From a virus (lineage: Duplodnaviria; Caudoviricetes), in the IMG/VR virus record IMGVR_UViG_3300010356_002264: a stretch of DNA of 64,000 bases; one strand, 5' to 3'. Shown piece after piece: positions 53,309 to 62,783 of this stretch. The translations under genes were made by a program, and so were the position numbers. Every line of letters begins with the position of its first letter. Position 1 is the first letter of the stretch. A model generated the notes under the pieces. That model was not told where the DNA came from. It made no database searches and worked only from the letters and a program-made list of their open reading frames with translations.

Positions 53309-55663
53309 TCAGTGCATGGCGCGCAGTCGGTCCGAGATGACGTTGAGGAGCACGTCTGGAACCTCTGAGAACGTCTTGACGCTCACGCCGGTCGGATGGA
53401 AGAGCTTGATCGTCTTCTCGGTACCCGCTCCGACCCCAACTCCGACGATGAGGATTCCTCGTCGCACGGTCTCCGCGACCTGGGACACGATGACGCTCTC
53501 TGTACCGCGATTAGGACACCCGTCGGTCACGACGAAGATGAAGCGGGTTGTCTCGCGACGCACGGCCATCCACTCTAGGGCCGCCTGGATGCCCTCGGCC
53601 ATAGGGGTCCCTCCGTCCGCCTTGGCGGACGCGAAGCGATGCTGCACGAGGCTGAGCGGCTCCTCGAACCGCTTGTAGGCGAAGACCCGCACCCCCGACC
53701 CCGAGCGGTGACACTCGCTGGCGTTGTCCCCGAGGGGGAGCACGTCTTCTTGGTGGTACTCTTTGTCCTGAAAGCCTATCGCCGCGACGGGGTAACCCAG
53801 GTCGTCGATGGGGTCTACGATCGCTAGCATCGTCTGAACCGCCCGGCTCATCCAGTTCTCCATGGAGAACGACTGGTCCAACACGACGATGGCGGAGAAG
53901 CGAGGGTCGACGCGGTTCATGCGTCGCTTCCAGGGCCGCTGCGGGGGCTCACCGACAGAGATGGCCGCGCCGACGTCGGCGAGCATGCGCTCGGACAGGT
54001 CAACCCCGTTCTCCACCCCGTGGAGGACGCGTGTGCGCCGCATCCCCACGACGAGACGACGCAGCCCCTCCCGAAGCACCTGAGTCTCAGACGCCGCCGT
54101 GTCGCGGAGCTTGCTGATACACTCAATCGCGGCCGATCGGTCCCTCGGCTCCGGCACGACGACCTCATCGCAGCCTGGCGCGTAGGGACGATAAGCCGCC
54201 CCTACGGCAGCTTGCTCCTGCTCCTTCCATACCTCCTGCACGAAGTCGTCAAGGACGTTCGTGACCACCTGGGTAGGCGTCTCGTCTTCTTTGGTTTTCC
54301 CGAGCACCTCGGTGGCGACCTCGAATGAGGGGTCAGCTTCGGCTGGATTGCCCGCATCCGACTCGTCCTTGTCGGGGTCCTGCGGACCTCCTGCACCGGC
54401 CTCCTGCCCGGCTGCATTATCCGCCTCCTCGCCCTTCTCGCCCTTCTCGCCCTTCTCACCCTTCTCGCTCCCCGGCTGTCCCTTCCCCGGCTTCTTGTGG
54501 TTGGACTTCTGGTCTCGCTGCGTCTTGGCGGCGGCGGCAAGGGACTGAATCGCGCCAGCGACCTCATCGAGGTCTACGACGGTGCACCCTTCGGAATCAC
54601 CCTCGCTAGGTTGAACTCGGGTGCTCCAGAGCGTCCCACAACTCCCGCAGGAGCAGCGTGCGCGTCGTGTTCCTCGTGCGCGGTCATCCGCCGTTGATGG
54701 AAGCAGGATGGCGCGCACGTTCGCCGACCCGCACTGTGGGCAGGTGATTGCGCCTGGCACGCCTGGCATACGTATCCCGGCCTCCCCGTCCTCGCCAAGC
54801 GCCTCAGACACGAGGGAGACGAATCGGATCGCGATGCGGAGGGGTTCGTCACAGTCGTCGACCGCGATGGTCCGCATCGACTCCGCCACCTCTCGCAGGC
54901 GGCCGTGCTCGACCATGTGGGCTACGGCGGGCCGCACCTTGCGTACCACCTCGATATACTCGGTCCGCTCGGGCACGTCCACGTCGTCGTGGCCAAGCGC
55001 TATGAGCAGGGAGGTAGCTACCTGGTAGGGGCTGATCAGCTTGTCATGCTCCGGGTTGGCGTGTGCGGTCTCAAGAGCACGCGCCTCACGGTTCCACGAC
55101 CAGCGACGCAGCGCGAAGATGTAGGAGGTCGTGCCAGGGTACTCGCCCATGAGGGCGCGCTCGATCTGAGGGTCGTTGACGACGTTGGTGATGTCGAGGA
55201 GCGCGCGCTCGCAGTACCCCCAGTCAGGGACCTCGTCCCAGCGGTCTACGATGAGGTCCATCACCTCCTTGGTTGTGTACGCATGGCGTCGCGTGTAGAG
55301 GCCGTGCGCGGTCTCATGCAGCGCCCCGCCATCGGACACGACCTCCAGGTCCTGATCCCCCATGGGGGGAAGCGCCGCAAGGACGATGCAGTCCTGCCCC
55401 TGAAGCTCTAGGTTTCGGTGCAGCCGTTGCGTCTCCGCAGCCCACGAGGCCGCCTCCATCTCGCCTGGACGCTTGCCTGGGTTGAGGCGAGCCCAGGCAC
55501 ACACGATCCCAATGATCACGCGGTCCATCCAGGTCGCGCGATGCGCGAACTGGGTCCCCTGAACGTACACGCGTGGGGCCTGGGCCCCCAGGATGCTGTT
55601 GACGAGCGCCTGTGCTCGCGCTCGTCGTCTTGATCCCCCGAAGTGAAGGTCGTTCGCAATCAT
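53309..55663 (-). CDS. CobT-like protein: HEXXH domain, acidic linker, vWA
   Basis: HETAH, VLDQSFSM, GGTP, VVTDG. Confidence 0.85.
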   Translation of the reverse strand: MIANDLHFGGSRRRARAQALVNSILGAQAPRVYVQGTQFAHRATWMDRVIIGIVCAWARLNPGKRPGEMEAASWAAETQRLHRNLELQGQDCIVLAALPPMGDQDLEVVSDGGALHETAHGLYTRRHAYTTKEVMDLIVDRWDEVPDWGYCERALLDITNVVNDPQIERALMGEYPGTTSYIFALRRWSWNREARALETAHANPEHDKLISPYQVATSLLIALGHDDVDVPERTEYIEVVRKVRPAVAHMVEHGRLREVAESMRTIAVDDCDEPLRIAIRFVSLVSEALGEDGEAGIRMPGVPGAITCPQCGSANVRAILLPSTADDRARGTRRARCSCGSCGTLWSTRVQPSEGDSEGCTVVDLDEVAGAIQSLAAAAKTQRDQKSNHKKPGKGQPGSEKGEKGEKGEKGEEADNAAGQEAGAGGPQDPDKDESDAGNPAEADPSFEVATEVLGKTKEDETPTQVVTNVLDDFVQEVWKEQEQAAVGAAYRPYAPGCDEVVVPEPRDRSAAIECISKLRDTAASETQVLREGLRRLVVGMRRTRVLHGVENGVDLSERMLADVGAAISVGEPPQRPWKRRMNRVDPRFSAIVVLDQSFSMENWMSRAVQTMLAIVDPIDDLGYPVAAIGFQDKEYHQEDVLPLGDNASECHRSGSGVRVFAYKRFEEPLSLVQHRFASAKADGGTPMAEGIQAALEWMAVRRETTRFIFVVTDGCPNRGTESVIVSQVAETVRRGILIVGVGVGAGTEKTIKLFHPTGVSVKTFSEVPDVLLNVISDRLRAMH

Positions 55664-55692
55664 GCGGGAAAGCTGGCCAGCAGGCCAAGGTG

Positions 55693-55700
55693 AGAGCTGT
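55693..55700 (-). promoter_or_regulatory. ACAGCTCT motif for ATG 55663
   Basis: 30-nt offset. Confidence 0.65.
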
Positions 55701-55787
55701 ACGCCTGTGGCCCAGCGGGCAGGTTGACAAAATATCAGCTCCGGCCCGCGCAGACCCTGCGCACAGGACGTAGAGGAGACACGGCGC

Positions 55788-55958
55788 ATGCGAGAACACC
55801 GCCCCCCAGGTCCTATCGACGTACAGGAGGACTTCGTTCACACGAACGGTCCCCTTCTCTCGACGAGAACCAAGGAAGACGTGGACCGTGCGACCCTGTT
55901 TATCCTTCGCCATCGACGGGTGATCACCAGGATCACTACGACCTCGCTCGAAGAGTAA
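55788..55958 (+). pseudogene. degenerate copy of the nicotinamidase 5' end
   Basis: IDVQEDF..NG, frameshift, then DVDRATLFI..ITRIT, matching the gene at 55974. Confidence 0.65.
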
Positions 55959-55973
55959 GGAGACCCAGCCCCC

Positions 55974-56804
55974 ATGCGAAAACCCCTCATTCACCTGTTC
56001 TGTATCGACATGCAGAAGGACTTCTGCGACCGGAACGGCTCCCTCTACGTGCCGGGGGCCGAGGCGGACGTGGACCGCGCGGCCCTGTTCATTGACCACA
56101 ACCGACAGGCCATCACCAAGATCACCGCCACGCTCGACAGCCACTACCGGCTGCACATCGGCAACCCGCTGTGGCTCGTCGACGGCGCGACCCGGTCGCA
56201 TCACCCCAAGCCCTTCACGGTCATTCGTGCGGACGACGTGAAGACCGGCATCTGGACGACGACGCGTCCCGAGTTCCTGAAGTGGACGATCTACTACCTG
56301 GAAGCGCTGGAGAAGGCGGGCAAGATCCACACCATCTGGCCGCCGCACTGCTTGATCGGGACGGACGGGCACGCGCTGTCAGCGCGCCTCCAGCAGGCGA
56401 TCGGCGAGTGGGAGGAGGCCCGCACCAACATCGCGCGGTGCGTCTCGAAGGGCTCCAACCCGAAGGTCGAGCACTTCAGTGGTTTCCGCTCCGAGGTCGC
56501 CGACCCCGAGGACCCCAGCACCCTCATGAACACGGACCTCGTGCGCGACATCGAGGAGGCCGACCAGGTGATCCTGTTCGGCGAGGCCACGACGCACTGC
56601 GTGCTGGAGACCGTGACGGACCTCGTCAACAACTTCTCCGACCCGCAGGCCATCCGCAAGACCACGCTGCTGCTCGACTGCACCTCGCCGGTGCCGGACC
56701 CGGTACCGGTACCGGGTCTGTTCTCGACACGCATGGACAGCTTCCTCCGCGACATGAAGGCGCGAGGCATGCGGATCTGCAAGAGCACCGAAGTCACCCT
56801 GTAA
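55974..56804 (+). CDS. nicotinamidase / isochorismatase family hydrolase
   Basis: IDMQKDFC, GSLYVPGA, DSH, WPPHCLIGT, GEATTHCV. Confidence 0.9.
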   Translation: MRKPLIHLFCIDMQKDFCDRNGSLYVPGAEADVDRAALFIDHNRQAITKITATLDSHYRLHIGNPLWLVDGATRSHHPKPFTVIRADDVKTGIWTTTRPEFLKWTIYYLEALEKAGKIHTIWPPHCLIGTDGHALSARLQQAIGEWEEARTNIARCVSKGSNPKVEHFSGFRSEVADPEDPSTLMNTDLVRDIEEADQVILFGEATTHCVLETVTDLVNNFSDPQAIRKTTLLLDCTSPVPDPVPVPGLFSTRMDSFLRDMKARGMRICKSTEVTL

Positions 56805-56855
56805 TCCGCGACGGCCCCGCGCGGGGCCGTCCACCCAAGGAAGGCACAGACCATC

Positions 56856-57689
56856 ATGACGACCAGCACCCCCACGGGAAACCAGGGCGGCGAGTCCGCT
56901 GACACCATCAACCTCTCGGGCATGGGCTACCACTTCTCCGGCGCGGGCCTCTCGCTGCTACAGCACGGCGCGGACGCCTACTGCCTGGCGGTCGCGGCCA
57001 TCGACGTGTCCGGATCTCAGTCGGGCGAGGAGCAGAACCTTGCCGACTGCTTCGCCAACGTCCTAGCCGCGTGCGACAAGGCCCCCAACCGCGACGCCAT
57101 CCTGTTCCGCCTGACCGAGTTCAACTCGCAGGTCCGCGAGCTTCGCGGCTTCGTCCCGCCGGCCAACGCGCTGCGTCCGACCTTCACGACGGGCGGCTAC
57201 ACCGCGATCGGGGCGGCCTGCCTCGACGCGATCCGCAGCATCGAGACCTACGCGGAGCACCTGCTCAGCAACGGCGACTACCAGAGCAACGGGATCTTCT
57301 TCGTCCTGACCGACGGGGAGGAGACGGTCGAGTCGGCGCCCGCCGGCCTGAGCTACGACGAAGAGCTCAACTACCGCATCGACGCGGCGTCCGCGAAGGT
57401 CAAGGCGGAGATCGATCGCGTCCAGAAGAGCGAGAAGCTCAACAGCATCATCCCGATCCTCGTCGGATTCCGGCCCAACCCGGAGACCGAGGCTCGTCAG
57501 CGGCGCTTCGCGACCAACGCCGGGATGCTGTACGTCAAGCTCGCGGACGCGACCCCGCAGCGGCTGGCCAAGTTCGCGCACTTCGTCTCGCAGTCGACCT
57601 CCAGCCAGAGCCGGCAGGCGGGCTCGCGGCAGGCCGCGACCATCACGGTCCCGCAGGACCTCGACCCCACCGCCTCGCTGTCGATCTAA
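56856..57689 (+). CDS. TerY-like vWA protein
   Basis: IDVSGS, GGYTA, FVLTDG, FVSQSTS. Confidence 0.8.
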   Translation: MTTSTPTGNQGGESADTINLSGMGYHFSGAGLSLLQHGADAYCLAVAAIDVSGSQSGEEQNLADCFANVLAACDKAPNRDAILFRLTEFNSQVRELRGFVPPANALRPTFTTGGYTAIGAACLDAIRSIETYAEHLLSNGDYQSNGIFFVLTDGEETVESAPAGLSYDEELNYRIDAASAKVKAEIDRVQKSEKLNSIIPILVGFRPNPETEARQRRFATNAGMLYVKLADATPQRLAKFAHFVSQSTSSQSRQAGSRQAATITVPQDLDPTASLSI

Positions 57690-57698
57690 GGCCACCCC

Positions 57699-58658
57699 AT
57701 GCTCACCTGCGACAGCTTCTACCGGATCGGCAGCACCCACGATGTGTGCCAGGACTACGCCCTGGCGGTCCAGCACAGGCGGGACGAGGCGAGCGCCACG
57801 CGGACCCTCGCGATCGTCGGGGACGGCTGCTCCGGGGAGCCCCACACGGACATTGGGTCGCGGCTCGTCCTGCACGGAACCGCAAACCAGTGGACCCAGG
57901 TAGACGCGCTGCTCGACCTAGAGGGTTGGGTCGAGCGGAAGAGCATCGAGGTGAGCTACGGGGTGAGCGTAGCACGAGCAGCCTGCCTGCACGTCGGGGT
58001 ACCTGCCTGCGGGGTCACCGCGACCACGGTGCTCATCGAGCACCACGCGGAGGCCCCGCGGGAGGTGCGCGGGGCGATCTTCGGAGACGGAGCAATCTCG
58101 CTCCGCACGGTAGATGGGCGACTCATCGTCGTCGAGGTCGTCCCCCCCTCGACCGAGACGGGGAGCATGCCGGCCTACCCCACCTACGACCCCATCCACA
58201 TCGCCCACTACCTCGACAGGACGGACCACGTTCCATCGAGGGTGCGCCTCACCTACATGGACGAGAACGGCCGAGTCGTAGCGGTCGATGACCTCGACCC
58301 CACCCTTGCGGACCAGATGAAGGTCGACGACACCTGCGTTCTACGGGTCCTACAAAGTCCCGTGCAGGAGTTCCCATGGCCACGACCGACCGTGGCGATC
58401 CGGGCTGAAGGGTTCGACCTCGTCGCGGCGTGGTCAGACGGATGTGGTACCGGGTCATGGCGGCCCAGCCCCCTGCACCCCGAGTGGTCCAGCTTCCACG
58501 ACCGACCTCCGGAGGGCGTGGGGCCGCTACTGTACGACCTGTCTCGGATCGTCCGCCCGCAGGGACGATTCCTTCATCGAAGGGCCTTCCAGGCTTGCAA
58601 GAACTGGGCGCACGCGGACGACCTGTCTGGCGCGGCCATCTACATCGGAGCACCCTAG
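57699..58658 (+). CDS. PP2C-like phosphatase
   Basis: GSTHDVCQD, VGDGCS, FGDG, WSDG, ADDLS. Confidence 0.82.
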   Translation: MLTCDSFYRIGSTHDVCQDYALAVQHRRDEASATRTLAIVGDGCSGEPHTDIGSRLVLHGTANQWTQVDALLDLEGWVERKSIEVSYGVSVARAACLHVGVPACGVTATTVLIEHHAEAPREVRGAIFGDGAISLRTVDGRLIVVEVVPPSTETGSMPAYPTYDPIHIAHYLDRTDHVPSRVRLTYMDENGRVVAVDDLDPTLADQMKVDDTCVLRVLQSPVQEFPWPRPTVAIRAEGFDLVAAWSDGCGTGSWRPSPLHPEWSSFHDRPPEGVGPLLYDLSRIVRPQGRFLHRRAFQACKNWAHADDLSGAAIYIGAP

Positions 58659-60376
58659 TGACGACCCACCGCGTGTACGACGACGGTACCCTCGTTCGCC
58701 TCACCGACCAGGAGCTCATCGGAGCGGGCGGTGAGGGTGCGGTGTACGCGGTGGGCCCCGTCGCGTACAAGATCTATCACGATGTGGCTCGCGCGCTGCC
58801 GGTCGCCAAGATCGTGGAGCTCAGCCGGATCTCGCACACCCACGTCAACAAGCCGGAGCGTCCCATCACCAACTCCAAGGGGGTTGTGGTGGGGTATCGC
58901 ACGGCGTTCGCCTCCAACTGCAAGACGCTCTGCGAGGTCTCGACGCGAGCCTACCGAGATCGCCACGGTATGATCGGTGCCCACATGGAGGCCATCGTCG
59001 GCGACATGGAGGAGATCCTCCACAAGGTCCACGAGGCTGGCGTCGTGGTCGTAGACTTCAACGACCTCAACGTGCTCGTTCGGTCGTCGCACCGCGAGGT
59101 AGTGCTCATCGACCTCGACAGCGCCCAGACCCCCTCCTTCAACGTGACGGCCATCATGGACATCGTCCGCGACCCCGTTGCCCCGCCCGGCCGCTACAAG
59201 CCGGAGAGCGACTGGTTCGCGTTCGCGGTGCTCGCCTTCCGCGCCTTCACGGGGAGCGGACCCTACCGGGGTCACCACCCACAGGGCGGTCGGGAGCTCG
59301 ACCGCAAGGACAAGGGCCAGTCGGCGTTCGACGTCGGCGCACGGCTGCCGGCCAGCGCCTTCCCGCTCGACGTGATCCCCCAGCGGTACCGCGACTGGAT
59401 GCGGCTCACGCTGTCCCACAAGCTGCGCGCCGCCCCCGGATCGACGCCGATCGCCGCGATGCCCGTCCAGGTCGCCGCCTACGCGGCGCAGGGGCGTGTG
59501 CTCGTCGCGGTCGAGCTCGGGAAGGTCGCGAGCGGCCAGGTGCTGCGCGCCTGGATGGTAGGGACCAAGCTCGTGGTCCTCACCATGGAGGGCCTGTGGT
59601 ACGAGGGCCGCCTCGTCAAGGGCATCCCGTCTTCCGCGCGCCTCGCGGTGCACCCGAGGTCGGGCGCGCCCCTGCTCGCGTGGGTCGAGCGCACGATCAC
59701 CCCTGGTGGATCGGAGGACCGACTCGTGGTGTTCGACGCCCAGTCGGGAGCTGGCGCGGTCACGGACATCAAAGCCGACGACCTGGCCGAGGCGGGTCCC
59801 AACATCCTCGTCCGCGTAGGCGGTGGGATCCACCGCCTGAGCTGGATCGAGAAGGTCGGCGGACCTCCCATCGTGGGTCTGGACCGGGTGGCGAACTGCC
59901 TGCCGCGCGCGACCCTGCTGGGGGATGGGGCCGCGGTCATTCGGGGGCTCGGTCGCGTTGTTCTTCTCCTTCTGCCTGACGCGCAGAAGTGTATTGAGAT
60001 CCCCCTGCCCGACCTCGACGACTCCCGCGTCGTGTCGGTGCGCGCGGACAAGCACGTCGCGGTGCTGGGGGTGGTGCGCAAGAAGACGGGCCAGCGCGAC
60101 CTCATCCTGGTGCGCGTCAATCCAGACCAGCCGAGCCTCTATGACGTTCGCGTCATCTCCGACGCGGGCAGCGAGGCCGACCTTGTGGTCGGTGCGAGCG
60201 GAGCGGTAGCGGTCCGAACGGATGACGGCGTGCGCCTCATGTCCTCGCGTGTGGGGGCCTCGCAGGAAGCTGCCTGGGACCTCCCCCCTGGCGTACAGGG
60301 ACCGCTGCTCAACCTGGGGGGTCGCGTCGCAAGCGTGCAGGGCGACCGCGTAGTTCAGCTTCGCACCGCACCCTAG
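58658..60376 (+). CDS. protein kinase + beta-rich C-terminal domain
   Basis: IGAGGEGAVY, AYKIY, VDFNDLNVL, IDLDS, SDWFAF. Confidence 0.85.
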   Translation: MTTHRVYDDGTLVRLTDQELIGAGGEGAVYAVGPVAYKIYHDVARALPVAKIVELSRISHTHVNKPERPITNSKGVVVGYRTAFASNCKTLCEVSTRAYRDRHGMIGAHMEAIVGDMEEILHKVHEAGVVVVDFNDLNVLVRSSHREVVLIDLDSAQTPSFNVTAIMDIVRDPVAPPGRYKPESDWFAFAVLAFRAFTGSGPYRGHHPQGGRELDRKDKGQSAFDVGARLPASAFPLDVIPQRYRDWMRLTLSHKLRAAPGSTPIAAMPVQVAAYAAQGRVLVAVELGKVASGQVLRAWMVGTKLVVLTMEGLWYEGRLVKGIPSSARLAVHPRSGAPLLAWVERTITPGGSEDRLVVFDAQSGAGAVTDIKADDLAEAGPNILVRVGGGIHRLSWIEKVGGPPIVGLDRVANCLPRATLLGDGAAVIRGLGRVVLLLLPDAQKCIEIPLPDLDDSRVVSVRADKHVAVLGVVRKKTGQRDLILVRVNPDQPSLYDVRVISDAGSEADLVVGASGAVAVRTDDGVRLMSSRVGASQEAAWDLPPGVQGPLLNLGGRVASVQGDRVVQLRTAP

Positions 60377-61062
60377 TCGTCGGAGGATTCTGACTCTGAG
60401 TCGGAGGACTCAGGGTCGATCGCCGACGTCATCATCACGACGCGTCGTCGACGAGGGGCGGGCGTCCGCTTGCCTACCTCCTCTATCCGACCCGTCTCGT
60501 CGAAGCTCCCGCGCGGCGCGTTTGGGGCCTCCCCGAACCTGCGCAGCAACGAGGTGACAGTCCAGCAGGACAGGCAACGGTCCTCCAAACACGCCTCGGC
60601 CCTCACCTCGGTCCCACACGACGTGCAGGTGACAGTGCGACGTACCTTGCACGCGGGGCACAGTTGCGTGGGGTCGAACACACCCGTAGGGGCCCACGTT
60701 CCACATGCGGTGCACGGCATACGGGCCTCGCGCACGACCGGGAGGTTCCGACCAAAAGTCTGCACCGCCTTCCAGTACAGCAGGAGCGCAAGGGTTGGAG
60801 TGTCGCTGCGCATGTGGGCGACGGACCGTGTGAACTGCGCAACCCGTTGGTCAGGAGACACGACGAGGTATCCGTCCGTGTCGCCAAGACGGCAGGCGGC
60901 AGCCGCGTGAACGGCACCAGACTCGGTCTTGATGTAGTAGTAAGAGCTTTGGAGCAAGGGGGCGGCCTCTCCCGCACGTCCTACTACATCTCTGGTGATA
61001 GAGGGAGTCGGAGCTGGACGCCGGCCGCGGGTATCCTGCCAACAGGATGAGCACTCGGACAA
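60373..61062 (-). CDS. Cys-rich hypothetical protein
   Basis: Four CxxC motifs, acidic tail; start uncertain. Confidence 0.5.
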   Translation of the reverse strand: MSECSSCWQDTRGRRPAPTPSITRDVVGRAGEAAPLLQSSYYYIKTESGAVHAAAACRLGDTDGYLVVSPDQRVAQFTRSVAHMRSDTPTLALLLYWKAVQTFGRNLPVVREARMPCTACGTWAPTGVFDPTQLCPACKVRRTVTCTSCGTEVRAEACLEDRCLSCWTVTSLLRRFGEAPNAPRGSFDETGRIEEVGKRTPAPRRRRVVMMTSAIDPESSDSESESSDD

Positions 61063-62543
61063 GTCTTGTAGAGGGAATGGAGATCGTCGCGCGCGCTGTA
61101 CGCACCACGTACGGACCCCAAGGAAAGCCTGCGGCGCTGGACCGAGCCGCGGGCCTCACCTTCACGCGGGACGGGTTGACGGTCGTGCGGGAGGTGCGCC
61201 CAGAGGGTCCAGCACGGCTCGGAGCGGACCTCGTGCTCGAGGCCTGCGCGCGCACCAACGAGCGCGCAGGGGACGGAACCTCGGCGACCGCCCTGCTCGC
61301 CGCCGCCGCCGCGCGCACGGCGCTCCGCCTGGTCGCAGCGGGTCACTCCCCTAGCCTCGTTGGGCGTCAGATGCGGGAGGCCGCGAGGGAGGCCGTGGAC
61401 AGGGTGCGCGCTAGCGCACGGCGCGTGGACTCCTACGACCAGGTCGAAACGATCGCGCTCCGCGCGAGCGGAGGCGACCACCTGGTCGCCCAGGGAATCC
61501 GCAGGGGTCTTGAGGCGGCGGGAGAGAACGGTACCATCCTCGTTGAGGCTGGCATGGGGCGCGACGTCGAGGTGACCTTCACCGAGGGCGTCCTCCTCCG
61601 GTCGGGATCTCGGTCCCCCGAGATGATCCCCCCGGACGGAGAGCGCACGATGGAGGACCCGCTCGTGGCGGTGTGCGCGCACCCGCTCCTGTCGGAGCGC
61701 GACGTGATGAAGCTGCTGGAGGTGGCCGCCGAGCTCGGACAGACGGTCGTGGTCTTTGCCCCTCAGGTAGAGGGGCGGGCGCTCGCCACCCTGGTGCTGA
61801 ACGACAAGAAGGCTGTCGTTCGGTGCGTGGCGGTCGAGGTGCCTGGCGTGGGGGAATGGAAGACGCGAGGGCTTCTGGATGTCGCGGCGGCTACGGCCGC
61901 CGAGGTGTGTGACCCCCTGCTAGGCCGGCACGCGTCGAACTGGAACCCCGAGTGGTTCGGTGTGGCTCGGCGCTGCTCGGTGACGTCCAAGAGGACGCTC
62001 GTGCGCCCAGCCATGGAGGACAGCCCGGAGCTGTTCCAGAGGCAGGCCGAGGTGCGCGCGGAGCTTGACGCGTCGAGCTCCGCGTACGACCGGGACCGAC
62101 ACGCGGAGCGTCTCGCCTCCTTGTCAGGAGCACTGTGTGTCCTCAAGGCTGGGGGTACGACGGAGCCCGAGGCCCGGGAGCGGCGCACGCGCGTGGAGGA
62201 TGCTGTACGGGCGAGCCAGGCCGCCCTGCGAGACGGCTACGCGCTTGGTGCTGGGTGCGCGTTCCTGGCGGCTCGGCCTGTCGCAAAGACCCTCGGGGAC
62301 CTTGTGGTGAACGCGGCCCTGGAGGCCCCGGGACGTGCGATCGCGGACGCTCTGGGGATCAGCTGGGACCAAGCCCAGCAGCGCATGACGGAGGTTGGCG
62401 CTTCCTGGACGGGAGAGGAAGTCCTCGACAGTGTGGCCTCTGTTACGGAGGCGATTCAGAACGGGGTCGCGGCAGCCGCGTCGGGGATCGAATGCGAACA
62501 TGCCATCCAAGCGCGGCCTTCTCGGGGTAGGGTCGGGGCATGA
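61047..62543 (+). CDS. groEL: GroEL-like chaperonin
   Basis: TYGPQG, TRDGLTV, AGDGTSAT, ERLASLSG, EDAVRA. Confidence 0.88.
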   Translation: MSTRTSLVEGMEIVARAVRTTYGPQGKPAALDRAAGLTFTRDGLTVVREVRPEGPARLGADLVLEACARTNERAGDGTSATALLAAAAARTALRLVAAGHSPSLVGRQMREAAREAVDRVRASARRVDSYDQVETIALRASGGDHLVAQGIRRGLEAAGENGTILVEAGMGRDVEVTFTEGVLLRSGSRSPEMIPPDGERTMEDPLVAVCAHPLLSERDVMKLLEVAAELGQTVVVFAPQVEGRALATLVLNDKKAVVRCVAVEVPGVGEWKTRGLLDVAAATAAEVCDPLLGRHASNWNPEWFGVARRCSVTSKRTLVRPAMEDSPELFQRQAEVRAELDASSSAYDRDRHAERLASLSGALCVLKAGGTTEPEARERRTRVEDAVRASQAALRDGYALGAGCAFLAARPVAKTLGDLVVNAALEAPGRAIADALGISWDQAQQRMTEVGASWTGEEVLDSVASVTEAIQNGVAAAASGIECEHAIQARPSRGRVGA

Positions 62544-62743
62544 GCGGCCAAGCCAACATCGACAAGATCATCGAGGACATCCAGCGGGACGCTGCCGCCG
62601 CCTGCGGGGTCAACGCAGCCAAGGGAACCGGGCGAAACGCGCGGACCTACCTCCAGGGAGTAGAGGACGGCGTACGTATTGCCCTGCGTGCCCTGCTCGC
62701 GCGGGCGACTGGCCGTGACGAGGTTCAACGCATATCCGCCTGA
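62540..62743 (+). CDS. small hypothetical protein
   Basis: ATGA overlap with groEL. Confidence 0.55.
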   Translation: MSGQANIDKIIEDIQRDAAAACGVNAAKGTGRNARTYLQGVEDGVRIALRALLARATGRDEVQRISA

Positions 62744-62783
62744 CGCTTCCCCGATAGCGTGGGTATGAGACACCCCCGTACAG

